A stretch of 64,000 nt of DNA from a virus (Duplodnaviria; Caudoviricetes). Below the pieces are notes generated by a model. It did no database searches. It was not told where the DNA came from and worked only from the letters and a program-made list of their open reading frames with translations. A program made the position numbers and the translations under genes. The stretch lies in IMG/VR virus record IMGVR_UViG_3300020411_000002; one strand, 5' to 3'. Within the stretch, counting starts at the first letter, position 1, and every line of letters begins with the position of its first letter. Shown in pieces: positions 19,534 to 28,952 of this stretch.

Positions 19534-19908
19534 ATGCCTTCGTTAGATCAGTCGTTGAAAGAAACCAATCAGTCACTATTGGAAGCGCTGGACGTATTGG
19601 GGCAGTACAAGAACTTGAATCCAAAGCTAGAAATGCTGGTGGGTTTAATAGGTATGATATATGGAATAAGCTCTAATTTGAATCCAGATGTATTATCTGA
19701 ATTGTCTAGCTTGCCCGATAATTATTCATCTGTTCTTGATGGTGTTAATTTAACTGTAGGGAAGTACGGTAATTTGATTAACATTCACGTTTATCCTACA
19801 GACCCTGATTTATTCGATGCATTTGTTATATCAGATGAAAGCTTTACGTCTGCACTTATGCAAGTCTATAGCAATTTGAAGGGTGATGACCCTGAGTTAG
19901 AAATGTAG
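19534..19908 (+). CDS. Hypothetical protein
   Basis: 124-aa ORF with GAGGT SD. Confidence 0.7.
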   Translation: MPSLDQSLKETNQSLLEALDVLGQYKNLNPKLEMLVGLIGMIYGISSNLNPDVLSELSSLPDNYSSVLDGVNLTVGKYGNLINIHVYPTDPDLFDAFVISDESFTSALMQVYSNLKGDDPELEM

Positions 19909-19910
19909 AT

Positions 19911-20462
19911 ATGAGTAGTTATTGGTTTAATAGAATAAAGGAAAAGCCCGCAAGTTTCGCATACGCAAAGCGTAGATTGGAACTCAACACTAAAGGCTTA
20001 GACCGAGCGTTGTCTAGTGAGTATGATGAAGACAAGGTTATTACCAAGCTTAGTCAAACTTATGTTAAGTACGGAATATATCATGTTCCAGGCAGTGTAA
20101 TTAACTTAAACCAATTTAGGGAAGAACTCGATCTACCTATTTTGCCTGTATATTACGCTTCTCTTCAATTTGGAACAGCACAAGACATACTTGATTACTT
20201 GCGTATATCTTATTTCTCAATATATGAAACGGTTATTGAGCAAGAGCATTTCTTTAGAATGTTTAGGCTTAAACCTGATAAAATTCGTAAGTTTCTAATT
20301 GAGTACGACAAGGCTGGTTTTAATTGCATGAAAGCGTGTGATGTACTAAATATTGATTTCCATTCATTATATAGCAAAATGGCACGACTAACATCAGAAG
20401 TCACGAAAGACCCTAGGAATCAACATTCACATATTTACGGGAGTCAGTCCGATGATTCGTGA
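19911..20462 (+). CDS. Hypothetical protein with possible C-terminal HTH
   Basis: CMKACDVLNIDFHSLYSKM resembles a Fis-type HTH. Confidence 0.5.
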   Translation: MSSYWFNRIKEKPASFAYAKRRLELNTKGLDRALSSEYDEDKVITKLSQTYVKYGIYHVPGSVINLNQFREELDLPILPVYYASLQFGTAQDILDYLRISYFSIYETVIEQEHFFRMFRLKPDKIRKFLIEYDKAGFNCMKACDVLNIDFHSLYSKMARLTSEVTKDPRNQHSHIYGSQSDDS

Positions 20463-21021
20463 TCCAGATTATAAAGTTTCAACCCACTTCAAGTTTAAAG
20501 AAGTATTTAAAAGCTACGAAGCGCAGCGTTTAGGTATTGATAATGCGACTCCAATTACAGAGCAGATTCTCGACTGTGCTGCATATACAGCGGAAAAAAT
20601 TCTTGAACCTGTGCGCAGTTGGACACGTAGACCTTTCAGTCCTAATAGCTGGTTTCGCTGTGAAGAGTTAGAATATGTTCTTTGTGCTGAATCATTTTTT
20701 AAAAAACTTATGCGCAAAGGTGTAGAGGGTGTAGATAAAAATACATATCGCAAGTATCCAACTCTTTATATTCTGCCGGAGATTTTCCATGAGGAATGGA
20801 GAGAATACTATGAACGTAAACAACATCCTAAGGGCATGGCCGTTGATTTCGAACTCGCAGGCCTATCGAACCAATCTCTATTCGACTGGTGTAGAGACAA
20901 CCTCCAGTTCGATCAACTCATTCTTGAATTCTACAGACCAGAACGAGGAACTAACTCGGGATGGGTTCATGGAAGCATTAAGAAGCATGGGCCTAATAGA
21001 GGACAACTATTGCGATACTGA
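20452..21021 (+). CDS. Endolysin, peptidase M15 family (Zn)
   Basis: STHFKFKEV...AQRLGIDN, LEPVR, SWFRC, QHPKGMAVD, WVHGS (Zn ligands H, D, H). Confidence 0.85.
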   Translation: MIRDPDYKVSTHFKFKEVFKSYEAQRLGIDNATPITEQILDCAAYTAEKILEPVRSWTRRPFSPNSWFRCEELEYVLCAESFFKKLMRKGVEGVDKNTYRKYPTLYILPEIFHEEWREYYERKQHPKGMAVDFELAGLSNQSLFDWCRDNLQFDQLILEFYRPERGTNSGWVHGSIKKHGPNRGQLLRY

Positions 21022-21268
21022 TATAGTTACAACGATAGGTTTGTACTTAAATGAATCATACTTATTCAATGGTGTTCAACTATATGGATTGTATGATCAT
21101 TACAAGTACAATTTTTTAATGCGCCCAGGTCGAGCATTCTTTATAAATGGAGTGTGTTTTATATCGGGGTATTTTGGGGACAGAGCGAAAGCTCAATATG
21201 TTTTCGATAATCTAGAAAGAAAGCCTGGAAATATCAAAATGACTTATGATACAAGGCCATATCGGTGA
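20969..21268 (+). CDS. Hypothetical protein (start 20969 or 20987)
   Basis: 3' part of ORF-track 20789..21268; the upstream part lies inside the endolysin. Confidence 0.6.
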   Translation: MEALRSMGLIEDNYCDTDIVTTIGLYLNESYLFNGVQLYGLYDHYKYNFLMRPGRAFFINGVCFISGYFGDRAKAQYVFDNLERKPGNIKMTYDTRPYR

Positions 21269-21270
21269 GT

Positions 21271-21369
21271 ATGAAAAGAAGGCTAGGAATTGTGTGCGTT
21301 ATAATATTTCTAGCCTTATCATACGCCAACAAAGTCTATGAAGCTAAAGCTGACGTATCTGTTAAATAG
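21271..21369 (+). CDS. 32-aa single-TM/signal-like peptide MKRRLGIVCVIIFLALSYANKVYEAKADVSVK
   Basis: Read manually; starts 2 nt after the previous stop; below ORF-track length cutoff. Confidence 0.45.
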   Translation: MKRRLGIVCVIIFLALSYANKVYEAKADVSVK

Positions 21370-21940
21370 CTACGGCTAAGGACAGTACTGCAATTATTCG
21401 CCAAGTTAACGAGTCTATTCTATTGCTTGTTTCTTGGCGTTTAATTTCATCCTTGTAGTACTCATTGAATTCTTCCATTCTTTTACTATGCATGTACTCT
21501 AGCCTAAGCATACGGAGTATTTGATTCCTTTCTTCTATATTCAGTTCTTGAACCTTATCCAGTTTCTCTACAAGCTTTCCGTTATCTCTTGCAGCAACTA
21601 CAGCATCCCTTATCTTAAATACTGTTTCAGTGTCTACCAGTATAAACAGTTCGTCATTACGGTCTGCAATAGGTAGATAATTTGTATTAGTTTCTTCTGT
21701 CCCTACATGTACTTCTTGATACAACTCAAAGTTTTGGTCATACGTCTTGCGTACTACAGTAGCGGCTTTTATTCGTTGCTCTAAATCTTCTGGATATGGA
21801 ATGGGTTTAACAGGTTCGTGAGATAGAAGCTCTATGTCAAAGAGTTCTTTTTGTATACTTGGGGTTTTGGTGACTTCTTGTGGATTGGAGGCACACCCGG
21901 TTATTGCTAACGACAACACCAATAATAGCTTCTTTACCAT
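21362..21940 (-). CDS. Spanin-like outer-membrane lipoprotein with C-terminal hydrophobic helix
   Basis: MVKKLLLVLSLAITG-C lipobox, no +2 Asp, coiled-coil body, C-terminal WRIIAVLSLAVAI; last gene of the late operon. Confidence 0.6.
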   Translation of the reverse strand: MVKKLLLVLSLAITGCASNPQEVTKTPSIQKELFDIELLSHEPVKPIPYPEDLEQRIKAATVVRKTYDQNFELYQEVHVGTEETNTNYLPIADRNDELFILVDTETVFKIRDAVVAARDNGKLVEKLDKVQELNIEERNQILRMLRLEYMHSKRMEEFNEYYKDEIKRQETSNRIDSLTWRIIAVLSLAVAI

Positions 21941-22257
21941 TTGGACTCTGTAATCTTTTTCAGGTTATCAACGTCTGATAGTTCAGGATCGTACTTAGGC
22001 ATTTGCTTTATCTGTTCGTGTACTTCGTTATTTAGTTCGGCTAGTTCCTCTCGCTCCTTATGTAGAGCTTTATTTACTTCCTTGTTAATTTTCAATTCCT
22101 CTTTTATTTGTTCATCATCTATATCTCTAATAGACTTTTCAAGGTCTGAAACCTTTGTTCCTTTCTTGCCAGCAGTAAAAGCAATAGCAAGCCCCGACAA
22201 TATTAAACCGAGACCTGCTAATATCGCTTTCCACCAGCGCTTAAACCACTCAGTCAT
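21934..22257 (-). CDS. Inner-membrane spanin-like protein (Rz-like)
   Basis: N-terminal TM (AILAGLGLILSGLAIAF) then coiled coil; overlaps the lipoprotein start. Confidence 0.55.
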   Translation of the reverse strand: MTEWFKRWWKAILAGLGLILSGLAIAFTAGKKGTKVSDLEKSIRDIDDEQIKEELKINKEVNKALHKEREELAELNNEVHEQIKQMPKYDPELSDVDNLKKITESKW

Positions 22258-22604
22258 TGAGTATCATCCTGTCTAAACGCATCACTAGCTCTTCGTCTAG
22301 GAACTTTAGAGCTTGGCGGTGCTTTGTTGAACATGCTATCAATTGAGTAACCTACTGCTATGAAGGTTAGCAAACTTGGATCTGCTTCTGTATACAAGAT
22401 TGTAAAGTATGATCCAAGTACTGCAAAGATAGCTGTAATTGTCTGAGGTTTATGTTTAGACCAGTATGTATTCCAGTCTGCCTCAAGTTTAATACACTTC
22501 TTAACGTAGTGTATCAGCGTACCCAAGATAGTTACTGAGAAGCTAAGAAGTATATAGCCCCAAGAGTAATTAGCTATAGGTCCGAGTAGGTCAATTACAT
22601 CCAT
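22254..22604 (-). CDS. Putative holin
   Basis: 116 aa, three hydrophobic segments, basic C-terminal tail, directly upstream of the spanin-like pair. Confidence 0.55.
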   Translation of the reverse strand: MDVIDLLGPIANYSWGYILLSFSVTILGTLIHYVKKCIKLEADWNTYWSKHKPQTITAIFAVLGSYFTILYTEADPSLLTFIAVGYSIDSMFNKAPPSSKVPRRRASDAFRQDDTQ

Positions 22605-22619
22605 CGCACTATGAGCAAC

Positions 22620-22910
22620 TTAATCTTCTGCACCCACAATACCTTTATCAGCTAGTTCACGCTTACGCACTTTCCAACGAGCTTTGATATTGTTAAAGAA
22701 TTCACGTAGTTCTTCTTCGTTGCCTTCCGCTGGGCTTCTATCGAAACCATGCTCTTCAAGCTGACCGAAAAAGAACTTTCTATATTCCTCTTGTAGTGGA
22801 CTTAGTTCTTCTTGCTTAGCGCTTTTACTGCTTAGCGCAAGATTGTCTGAACGGTTTAAGTATTCCATACCTACTGCTTGGATAGTAGAAAGATTAAGTT
22901 GCATTTTCAT
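22620..22910 (-). CDS. Small hypothetical late protein
   Basis: 96 aa; EYRKFF...SPAE...FFNNIKARW resembles a small helical module seen in myovirus proteins. Confidence 0.6.
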   Translation of the reverse strand: MKMQLNLSTIQAVGMEYLNRSDNLALSSKSAKQEELSPLQEEYRKFFFGQLEEHGFDRSPAEGNEEELREFFNNIKARWKVRKRELADKGIVGAED

Positions 22911-22918
22911 AGTTATTC

Positions 22919-23497
22919 CTAGTCTGCTAGTACTGCCAGTTGCCCAGCAATCGTTATTGAAATTTCTCTAAGTGTCGCGTCCCGAACTTCTGGTGCTTTA
23001 AGTGAAACAATTTCACCTCTCTGGATAAGCATCGGTACGCTAGGTGTGGCAGGAGTGAATGATCCTACTTTGCCACCTGCTGCAAAAGTGATAGTACCAA
23101 TTTCACGCACTACGTTTCCATCGCTATCGATGATACGCATATTGAAAACAGCTTCACTTGTTGTAGCATCTTGGGCTAGTGCTAAACTTCTTTCGAAGTC
23201 TGCATAGATTGTTGCCGTACGAACTGCAATGTAGTTTGCTACAATAGCGTTAGGCTTTGGTCTTCCGATAACAGATAGCGCAATATCATACGGCTGTCTT
23301 TCTTTATCTTCTTGAACAATCCACTCGCTTCTTGCTGCACTATATACGTAGATACCCGGCTCTTTTGTATCTACAGTAGCAGTTAACTGAAAGAGCTGCC
23401 CATCTTCGGGAGTTTCTGGAAAGACTGTACCGCGAAAGTCAATCAACTCGCGAGATATTTTACTGCCGTCAATTAAGTCAACACCATCTACTTTCAT
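22919..23497 (-). CDS. Virion fibre-associated structural protein
   Basis: N-terminal FPETPEDGQLF fibre motif; C-terminal beta domain GTITFAAG...DATLREISITIAG. Confidence 0.6.
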   Translation of the reverse strand: MKVDGVDLIDGSKISRELIDFRGTVFPETPEDGQLFQLTATVDTKEPGIYVYSAARSEWIVQEDKERQPYDIALSVIGRPKPNAIVANYIAVRTATIYADFERSLALAQDATTSEAVFNMRIIDSDGNVVREIGTITFAAGGKVGSFTPATPSVPMLIQRGEIVSLKAPEVRDATLREISITIAGQLAVLAD

Positions 23498-23733
23498 TAT
23501 ACTACCCTTACTTTACCTGTAAAAGGTCTAGAGAAGTTTACAGTTAGCGTGTTGGTATCTGTATTGATTTGACTTTGTGGAAGAATCTTTTCTAACACTC
23601 CGTCAATGTGTACAAGAACATCCGCAGCAACCTCTCGACCCATGTTATGTTTTACAGTCCAAGTACTGCTAGGGTCTTCTTGGACATGCGTATGACCGCT
23701 AGCAATGAATAGACGATTACCATTAATAGGCAT
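23497..23733 (-). CDS. Small structural protein with one WTVxHN beta-sandwich domain
   Basis: TWTVKHNMG...DTNTLTVNFSRPFTGKV. Confidence 0.65.
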   Translation of the reverse strand: MPINGNRLFIASGHTHVQEDPSSTWTVKHNMGREVAADVLVHIDGVLEKILPQSQINTDTNTLTVNFSRPFTGKVRVV

Positions 23734-23744
23734 AATGTAATCTC

Positions 23745-24359
23745 CTAAATCGCGATAACTTTACCAGACGTAGGGTTACTAAACGTAACAACCGCAGTGT
23801 TGGTATCGATATGCTGAACTGAATCTGGTTGGATTTCGTAACCATCGACGATGATACGAATACTCGGTTCATAGCCTAACATGTGATTAACATTAACTGT
23901 AGACTTGTTTTCGAACTCCAAAGTATAGCCCACATTAGGCTTAGGTGTTCCATCAAACGCACCAAGTAAACAAATAGCTCGACCGATCATTGGATCATCA
24001 AACTGAATAGTAATCGTGTTATTGTCTGTAGCTTCAAACTCTTTCGGAATAACAACTCTTCCGTTTTCATCAAAGCATTGAACCATGACACTTGTACTGT
24101 TCATGTTATGTGTGACAGTCCATTCAACAGACGGCTCTTGCTGGTCAAAGATGTACGTGTTTAGTTCCTGAGTCATTGGAATCCAAATAGGCGCATCTGC
24201 TAATTCTAAGCAAATCATAACGCGCTTGTCTTTGAATATGAACGTTCCAACTTTAGGTTCTAAAGGCCACTCGCTAACCATTGGGAGTGTTACGTTTTCT
24301 AGAAAGTTTCCTAGTAGATCGAGTCCGCCCATGTGTTTTGTATTTGAATAGTGTCTCAT
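23745..24359 (-). CDS. Structural protein with two WTVxHN-type domains
   Basis: EWTVTHNM...DNNTITIQF and VNVNHMLG...DTNTAVVTF; GGAG SD. Confidence 0.65.
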   Translation of the reverse strand: MRHYSNTKHMGGLDLLGNFLENVTLPMVSEWPLEPKVGTFIFKDKRVMICLELADAPIWIPMTQELNTYIFDQQEPSVEWTVTHNMNSTSVMVQCFDENGRVVIPKEFEATDNNTITIQFDDPMIGRAICLLGAFDGTPKPNVGYTLEFENKSTVNVNHMLGYEPSIRIIVDGYEIQPDSVQHIDTNTAVVTFSNPTSGKVIAI

Positions 24360-24371
24360 GCTTACTCCTAC

Positions 24372-24400
24372 AAAAACAAAGAGGGAGCGATTGCCCCCTC
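24372..24400 (-). terminator. Rho-independent terminator
   Basis: Minus strand GAGGGGGC-AATC-GCTCCCTC then TTTGTTTTT, just after the 569-aa fibre gene. Confidence 0.8.
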
Positions 24401-24414
24401 AGACAGAACTACTA

Positions 24415-26124
24415 TTAAGCAGCAGCAGGAGCTACAGCCATACACACAACGCGGATACCAAGACCCTGAGTTAGTGTAACAGTAAGTTGGTTTTCATCGT
24501 CAAATGATACTTCATCAGGCATGATCATGTTACCAAGATCATCGATGATTGTAACGTTAACGTATTGCTGACCGATGTTGTGAACAACAGTATGTGAAGC
24601 ATCAGCAGATGCAGTACCGTCATAAACAAAGTAACCTTTAGCTACGCGGGCTTCTAGATCAGATAGATCGTCACCAACTGCTTGTACAGCAGCATCAGTA
24701 TATTGCTTAGTAGCAGCTTCAAGTGCAACCGTAGGGTCAGCAGCAAGAATCAGAGGACCTGTTAGCGTGTCACCATCAACGTTAACATACTTGTTATCAA
24801 GATATGTTTCGTCAACATTAACGCCAGTGCCGTCAACTGTGATACCAGTTCCGCCAAGAACGTTAAGCGCAACACCGTCACCACCAGCAAGACCGTTACC
24901 AAGGGCAGTAGACGCAATTTCAACTTCTGTGATACCAGAGTTAGAAACTTTAACACCAGTAGCAGAAGTAGTTAGCGTAGAACCGTCAAGTAGTAGGCTA
25001 AGAACCGCGTCAGTGTTTACAGATGCATCACCAGTTGTTGGGTCAGCAAGATATAGACCGCCAGTAGGACCGCAATCGATACCAACTTCATCAGATGGAA
25101 GCTGAGCAACACCAGCACCCATGTTAACGTCGATAACATTACCTGTCTTAACAAGACCGATACCCGCGTTAAGCGCTTCAAGACCAGTAAACGTATTCCA
25201 AGAAGTACCAGCTACATTATAACGGTAGAACTTCTCGTCTGCTTGTGAAGCAGCAAGAGTACCAGCCGCGTCAGCACCTTCTGCACTTACGTCAAACGCT
25301 ACAGTCCAGTCAGTACCATCGAACTCTACAATGTCGTTGTCTTCAAGACCAGCGATTGTACCAAAGTTTGCATTCAGGTTAGCGCTGTCTGTAATGATGT
25401 AACGCGCACCAGTTGCAGGAGAAGCACCTGGGTCAAGAGTATCATCAGTCTGAACTGCTAGTACATCGTCTTGCCAGTTAAGGTTAGCAACTTCGTTTTC
25501 TAGGTCAACTAGACGAATCGCATCGTTAGCATCTGTCGGCGCACCAAGACCAGTAGCACGGTTACCGTTAAACGCTAAGTTACCAGACATTGCATCGCCA
25601 GCTTTGTTTACTGGAACGTAACCAAGGTCGTCTTGCTTACCATCAATCTGAGCTTGGATAGGACCGGTAACACCAGACACATAACCGATTTCAGCAGAGG
25701 TAGTAGCAGACTCAGCAACTTTACCAGCCGCGTCAGTTACAAGCGCAACGTCACCAGTAAGGTCAGTGTCTGTAATTGTTGAAGCAGCACCAGTGATATT
25801 GTCTTGCTTAGTTGCAGCAACTGTATCCAAGTGACCTTTAGATACAGCAACACGGTCGCTAGAAGCAGAAGACTGGTCATTAGTATCAAGTACCAATTCA
25901 CCTGTCATACCTGCGTCAGAACCATCACGCTTCAAGTACTCTTCTAAGTCACCACCTTTGGCAAATGGGAATACTTCTGTACCGTCAAAGAACTTGTACG
26001 CTTCTTCGGTAGTGTTAAACCACATTTGACCAAGACGAGGGCTAGCTGGATCGGTAGCTAGCTTCTCGATTACCACATTCTTTAACTCAGCAGAGCCGAG
26101 TAGTGTAATAGAACCATGTCTCAT
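24415..26124 (-). CDS. Abundant virion fibre protein (head/collar/tail fibre)
   Basis: Fibre knuckle repeats (YLKRDG..MTGEL, NKAGDAMSGNL, NVDGDTLTGPL), GxGL repeats, terminal HNIG domain; strongly biased codons, own SD and terminator. Confidence 0.7.
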   Translation of the reverse strand: MRHGSITLLGSAELKNVVIEKLATDPASPRLGQMWFNTTEEAYKFFDGTEVFPFAKGGDLEEYLKRDGSDAGMTGELVLDTNDQSSASSDRVAVSKGHLDTVAATKQDNITGAASTITDTDLTGDVALVTDAAGKVAESATTSAEIGYVSGVTGPIQAQIDGKQDDLGYVPVNKAGDAMSGNLAFNGNRATGLGAPTDANDAIRLVDLENEVANLNWQDDVLAVQTDDTLDPGASPATGARYIITDSANLNANFGTIAGLEDNDIVEFDGTDWTVAFDVSAEGADAAGTLAASQADEKFYRYNVAGTSWNTFTGLEALNAGIGLVKTGNVIDVNMGAGVAQLPSDEVGIDCGPTGGLYLADPTTGDASVNTDAVLSLLLDGSTLTTSATGVKVSNSGITEVEIASTALGNGLAGGDGVALNVLGGTGITVDGTGVNVDETYLDNKYVNVDGDTLTGPLILAADPTVALEAATKQYTDAAVQAVGDDLSDLEARVAKGYFVYDGTASADASHTVVHNIGQQYVNVTIIDDLGNMIMPDEVSFDDENQLTVTLTQGLGIRVVCMAVAPAAA

Positions 26125-26167
26125 GTTAGGAACTCCTAATTATTTATGAGTATATACACATATAATA

Positions 26168-26947
26168 TCACATAACACACGACAATCGTATATCATGTAA
26201 TTCGATATCGGACACCAACTTATTAAATTGTTTGAACAAATGAAAGTCGGCATCCAAGGCTGACTGGTTGAAATATGACTTCACTGTCCAATAAGATTTC
26301 TCTTTAATCAACCTATATTCTTTATAGACTTTTATTCGAAGGTCTATAAGGGATATTCTCTTATCTCTATATAAATTAACATCTACAGAGTCTAGCCCGA
26401 GAAAGGGATAGAAATTAATTGTATCGCTATCTTTCGCATTATGGTACAAGTAATCTAACTCATACAATATATGCATAGCGTGTTGCATGTACTGAGTTAT
26501 AAACACCATGCAAGCATTAAAGCTATTCTCTAAATCCTGTTTTAGTGTCCTTCTTATCTTATCTGTAATAGGTTTTTTGTATTGACGGAATATCTTAGCA
26601 TAAATCTCTATGAAGTCTTGGTCGAACTGTTCTTCATAGTGTAGCATTATTCTAAGGATGTTATCTAGGTAAGCTTCGAAGTTATCTGCTTCTTCATTAG
26701 ACATTTGCCTAACGTCTGCATCTTCATCATGCTTAACCCGTTTGATTCTTTCTTCGAGTTCTACTAACCAATATCGCAATTGGTGAACTGTGCATAAGAA
26801 ACTTTCTTTACACGTAGGACTAAAGCGGTTCTCTGAGATAATCAATTGATTAAGTAAGAACTCTCTCACCTTATAGAAATTAATCCAAGATGCGCTAGAC
26901 GCTAACTGAAAGTTTATATTGTTAGGTGTGTATTCAACTTTAATCAT
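26168..26947 (-). CDS. Hypothetical helical protein
   Basis: 259-aa ORF abutting the upstream gene. Confidence 0.7.
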   Translation of the reverse strand: MIKVEYTPNNINFQLASSASWINFYKVREFLLNQLIISENRFSPTCKESFLCTVHQLRYWLVELEERIKRVKHDEDADVRQMSNEEADNFEAYLDNILRIMLHYEEQFDQDFIEIYAKIFRQYKKPITDKIRRTLKQDLENSFNACMVFITQYMQHAMHILYELDYLYHNAKDSDTINFYPFLGLDSVDVNLYRDKRISLIDLRIKVYKEYRLIKEKSYWTVKSYFNQSALDADFHLFKQFNKLVSDIELHDIRLSCVM

Positions 26948-27637
26948 TTACTTAATCTCTTGCATGGAAACGTCGGTGTTTCCTAGTAGCGATTGATTGC
27001 GTTGTGTAGCAACGAGACCTCGCATTTGAGATAGTTCCGATTGAATGGTTGATAGAGCTACAGAAACTTGATTACTAGAGCTAGCACGATTAGAAGCGAT
27101 TTCTCTACAAAGGGATTCAACCAGATTTAACCTAGTTTCAATTTCACTAAAGTTAGCTTCAAAAGCCGAAGACAATTCTTCTATCGCATTAACGCAAGTC
27201 AGTAAAGCTTTGTCTTGTTTAACCACCGCTTCATTTGTATGTACTAGACGTTCTCTAACCGCATCGTCAACGGTTTCAAGTTTTTTGATTAGAGACTTAC
27301 ATAGTTCATCCATAGCAACGGGAATCTTTAACGAAGTAGTTTCTAAGGTAGAGATCTTGTTAAGCGCTTGGATAGTATTTTCTTGCTTTACTAGATTCTC
27401 GGTTAGAGCCTCTACTGTACTTTGCATAGAATTTATAGTATCCATTTGACTAGAGATTGTAGCATCTTTGCCTTTAAGCTCTTCGTCTTTTGCAGTAACC
27501 TTGTTTTCAAGAACGTCTACTTCTTTTAATCTAGGTACAATAAACATAACATACACTGCATAGAAAAGACCAAGTATGATTATGATTGTACCGTATCCAA
27601 GGTTACCTGTAAGTAATGAGTTTATTAGTGAATCCAT
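26948..27637 (-). CDS. Membrane-anchored coiled-coil protein
   Basis: N-terminal TM (GTIIIILGLFYAVYVMFIV) then long heptad region. Confidence 0.7.
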   Translation of the reverse strand: MDSLINSLLTGNLGYGTIIIILGLFYAVYVMFIVPRLKEVDVLENKVTAKDEELKGKDATISSQMDTINSMQSTVEALTENLVKQENTIQALNKISTLETTSLKIPVAMDELCKSLIKKLETVDDAVRERLVHTNEAVVKQDKALLTCVNAIEELSSAFEANFSEIETRLNLVESLCREIASNRASSSNQVSVALSTIQSELSQMRGLVATQRNQSLLGNTDVSMQEIK

Positions 27638-28020
27638 TAGTTCTCAGAAGTTTCATCGGTTTCCGTAGGTTCAATACTTTCTTTCTCTAAAGATAGATAT
27701 GTATTTAAACCGCATACTTTATCAGTTGGGTTAACTACAAGTCTGTACGATTGTTTGACTTGTGGGTCTTCCGATATTATCATGTGACTGATGGACGGGT
27801 TTATTTCCATGCACTTTGTAGTAGACCCTTCTATTATGCATACTGCACTAATACAATAAATATCTTCTTGTTTAACTACTCTTTTTGATAGAGATTCTTC
27901 TTTAAACACCGTCTGATTTAGGGCAATTGCCAGAACAATTAAAGCTGCCGCTACCATAGAGATGTTTGCAATTCTGTACCTCTTTTTCTGGTCAGAAGTA
28001 AGTTGGTCATTTACATTCAT
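27637..28020 (-). CDS. Single-TM protein with Cys-containing extracytoplasmic domain
   Basis: KKRYR then TM ISMVAAALIVLAIAL; four Cys in the C-terminal domain. Confidence 0.7.
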   Translation of the reverse strand: MNVNDQLTSDQKKRYRIANISMVAAALIVLAIALNQTVFKEESLSKRVVKQEDIYCISAVCIIEGSTTKCMEINPSISHMIISEDPQVKQSYRLVVNPTDKVCGLNTYLSLEKESIEPTETDETSEN

Positions 28021-28952
28021 TCAACTAACACATCTATATCTTCGTGTGCTGCAATGTAATTCTTTTTAAATCCGAGTGAACGCATTCTACTTTTATCTAC
28101 GTACACCCTAAACGGCAGCGGGTTCATATCTTCTGGTTCTTCATTGTTGCTTATAAAGTCATTCACTACAGACCCGTAATCAAGTTGAAGTACCAAGCAC
28201 TCATTGTCTATCTCAGGAAGATAACTAAAGCCTATAGATAGGTGTTTAGAGTTTTTACGTTGCAGTATTTCTTTAATCTCTTTCATCTTAACTATGCTGC
28301 CGAATTCGTCATCAGTTAAGGCCATCATATTATTAATGATTACACCTCTTTGATTCTCGTTGAGCTTAGTTAATAGTGATTCAAGTTGTTTAACACTCGA
28401 TACTTCGAAAGACTTTACTGAACCTGTTATAGACTGCAAACTGTTTTTTAAATTATAGCTGTCTCTTGCAGTCAGTCCTGTAGTGTCATATAGGATATAA
28501 TAGGTATCGGGAAACAAGTTCATAGCCGACACTAAAGACGTTATTTTAAATCCCAAGTTTTCTATTCTGAATAGTCTAGACCTTGGTATGCCGTCAGTAA
28601 AGCTTCTGTTAATGAAGTAAGTTATATTTTTGTATTTTTCAGGGAGTAAAGTTAGTAGATATGACGTAGCATCAACTTCATCTACTATAATCATTTGAGG
28701 GTCTACACGTTGGATATCTAAAGCAACAGAATGCATAAGCTGTTCGCTAGACGTTCCATAATCTCCGTATCCAAGGGTTATGTAAAGTGCGTAAACATCT
28801 TTGTCAGTATTTCTAACAATGTTCGCACTTAGAGGGTGGCTGTAGAAACTTGCTAGAGGTCTACTAGACACCAAGTAAATTGTGTTTATATCATCTACTT
28901 CTTGGGCAGACGAACTTAGTGCTAGTAGTAAACCTGCTAGTAATTTCTTCAT
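28017..28952 (-). CDS. Secreted protein resembling an ABC-type periplasmic substrate-binding protein
   Basis: Sec signal MKKLLAGLLLALSSSA/QE; alternating beta/alpha pattern (IYLVSS, DPQMIIVDE, YYILYD, GVIIN) ending VYVDKSRMRSLGF. Confidence 0.5.
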   Translation of the reverse strand: MKKLLAGLLLALSSSAQEVDDINTIYLVSSRPLASFYSHPLSANIVRNTDKDVYALYITLGYGDYGTSSEQLMHSVALDIQRVDPQMIIVDEVDATSYLLTLLPEKYKNITYFINRSFTDGIPRSRLFRIENLGFKITSLVSAMNLFPDTYYILYDTTGLTARDSYNLKNSLQSITGSVKSFEVSSVKQLESLLTKLNENQRGVIINNMMALTDDEFGSIVKMKEIKEILQRKNSKHLSIGFSYLPEIDNECLVLQLDYGSVVNDFISNNEEPEDMNPLPFRVYVDKSRMRSLGFKKNYIAAHEDIDVLVE

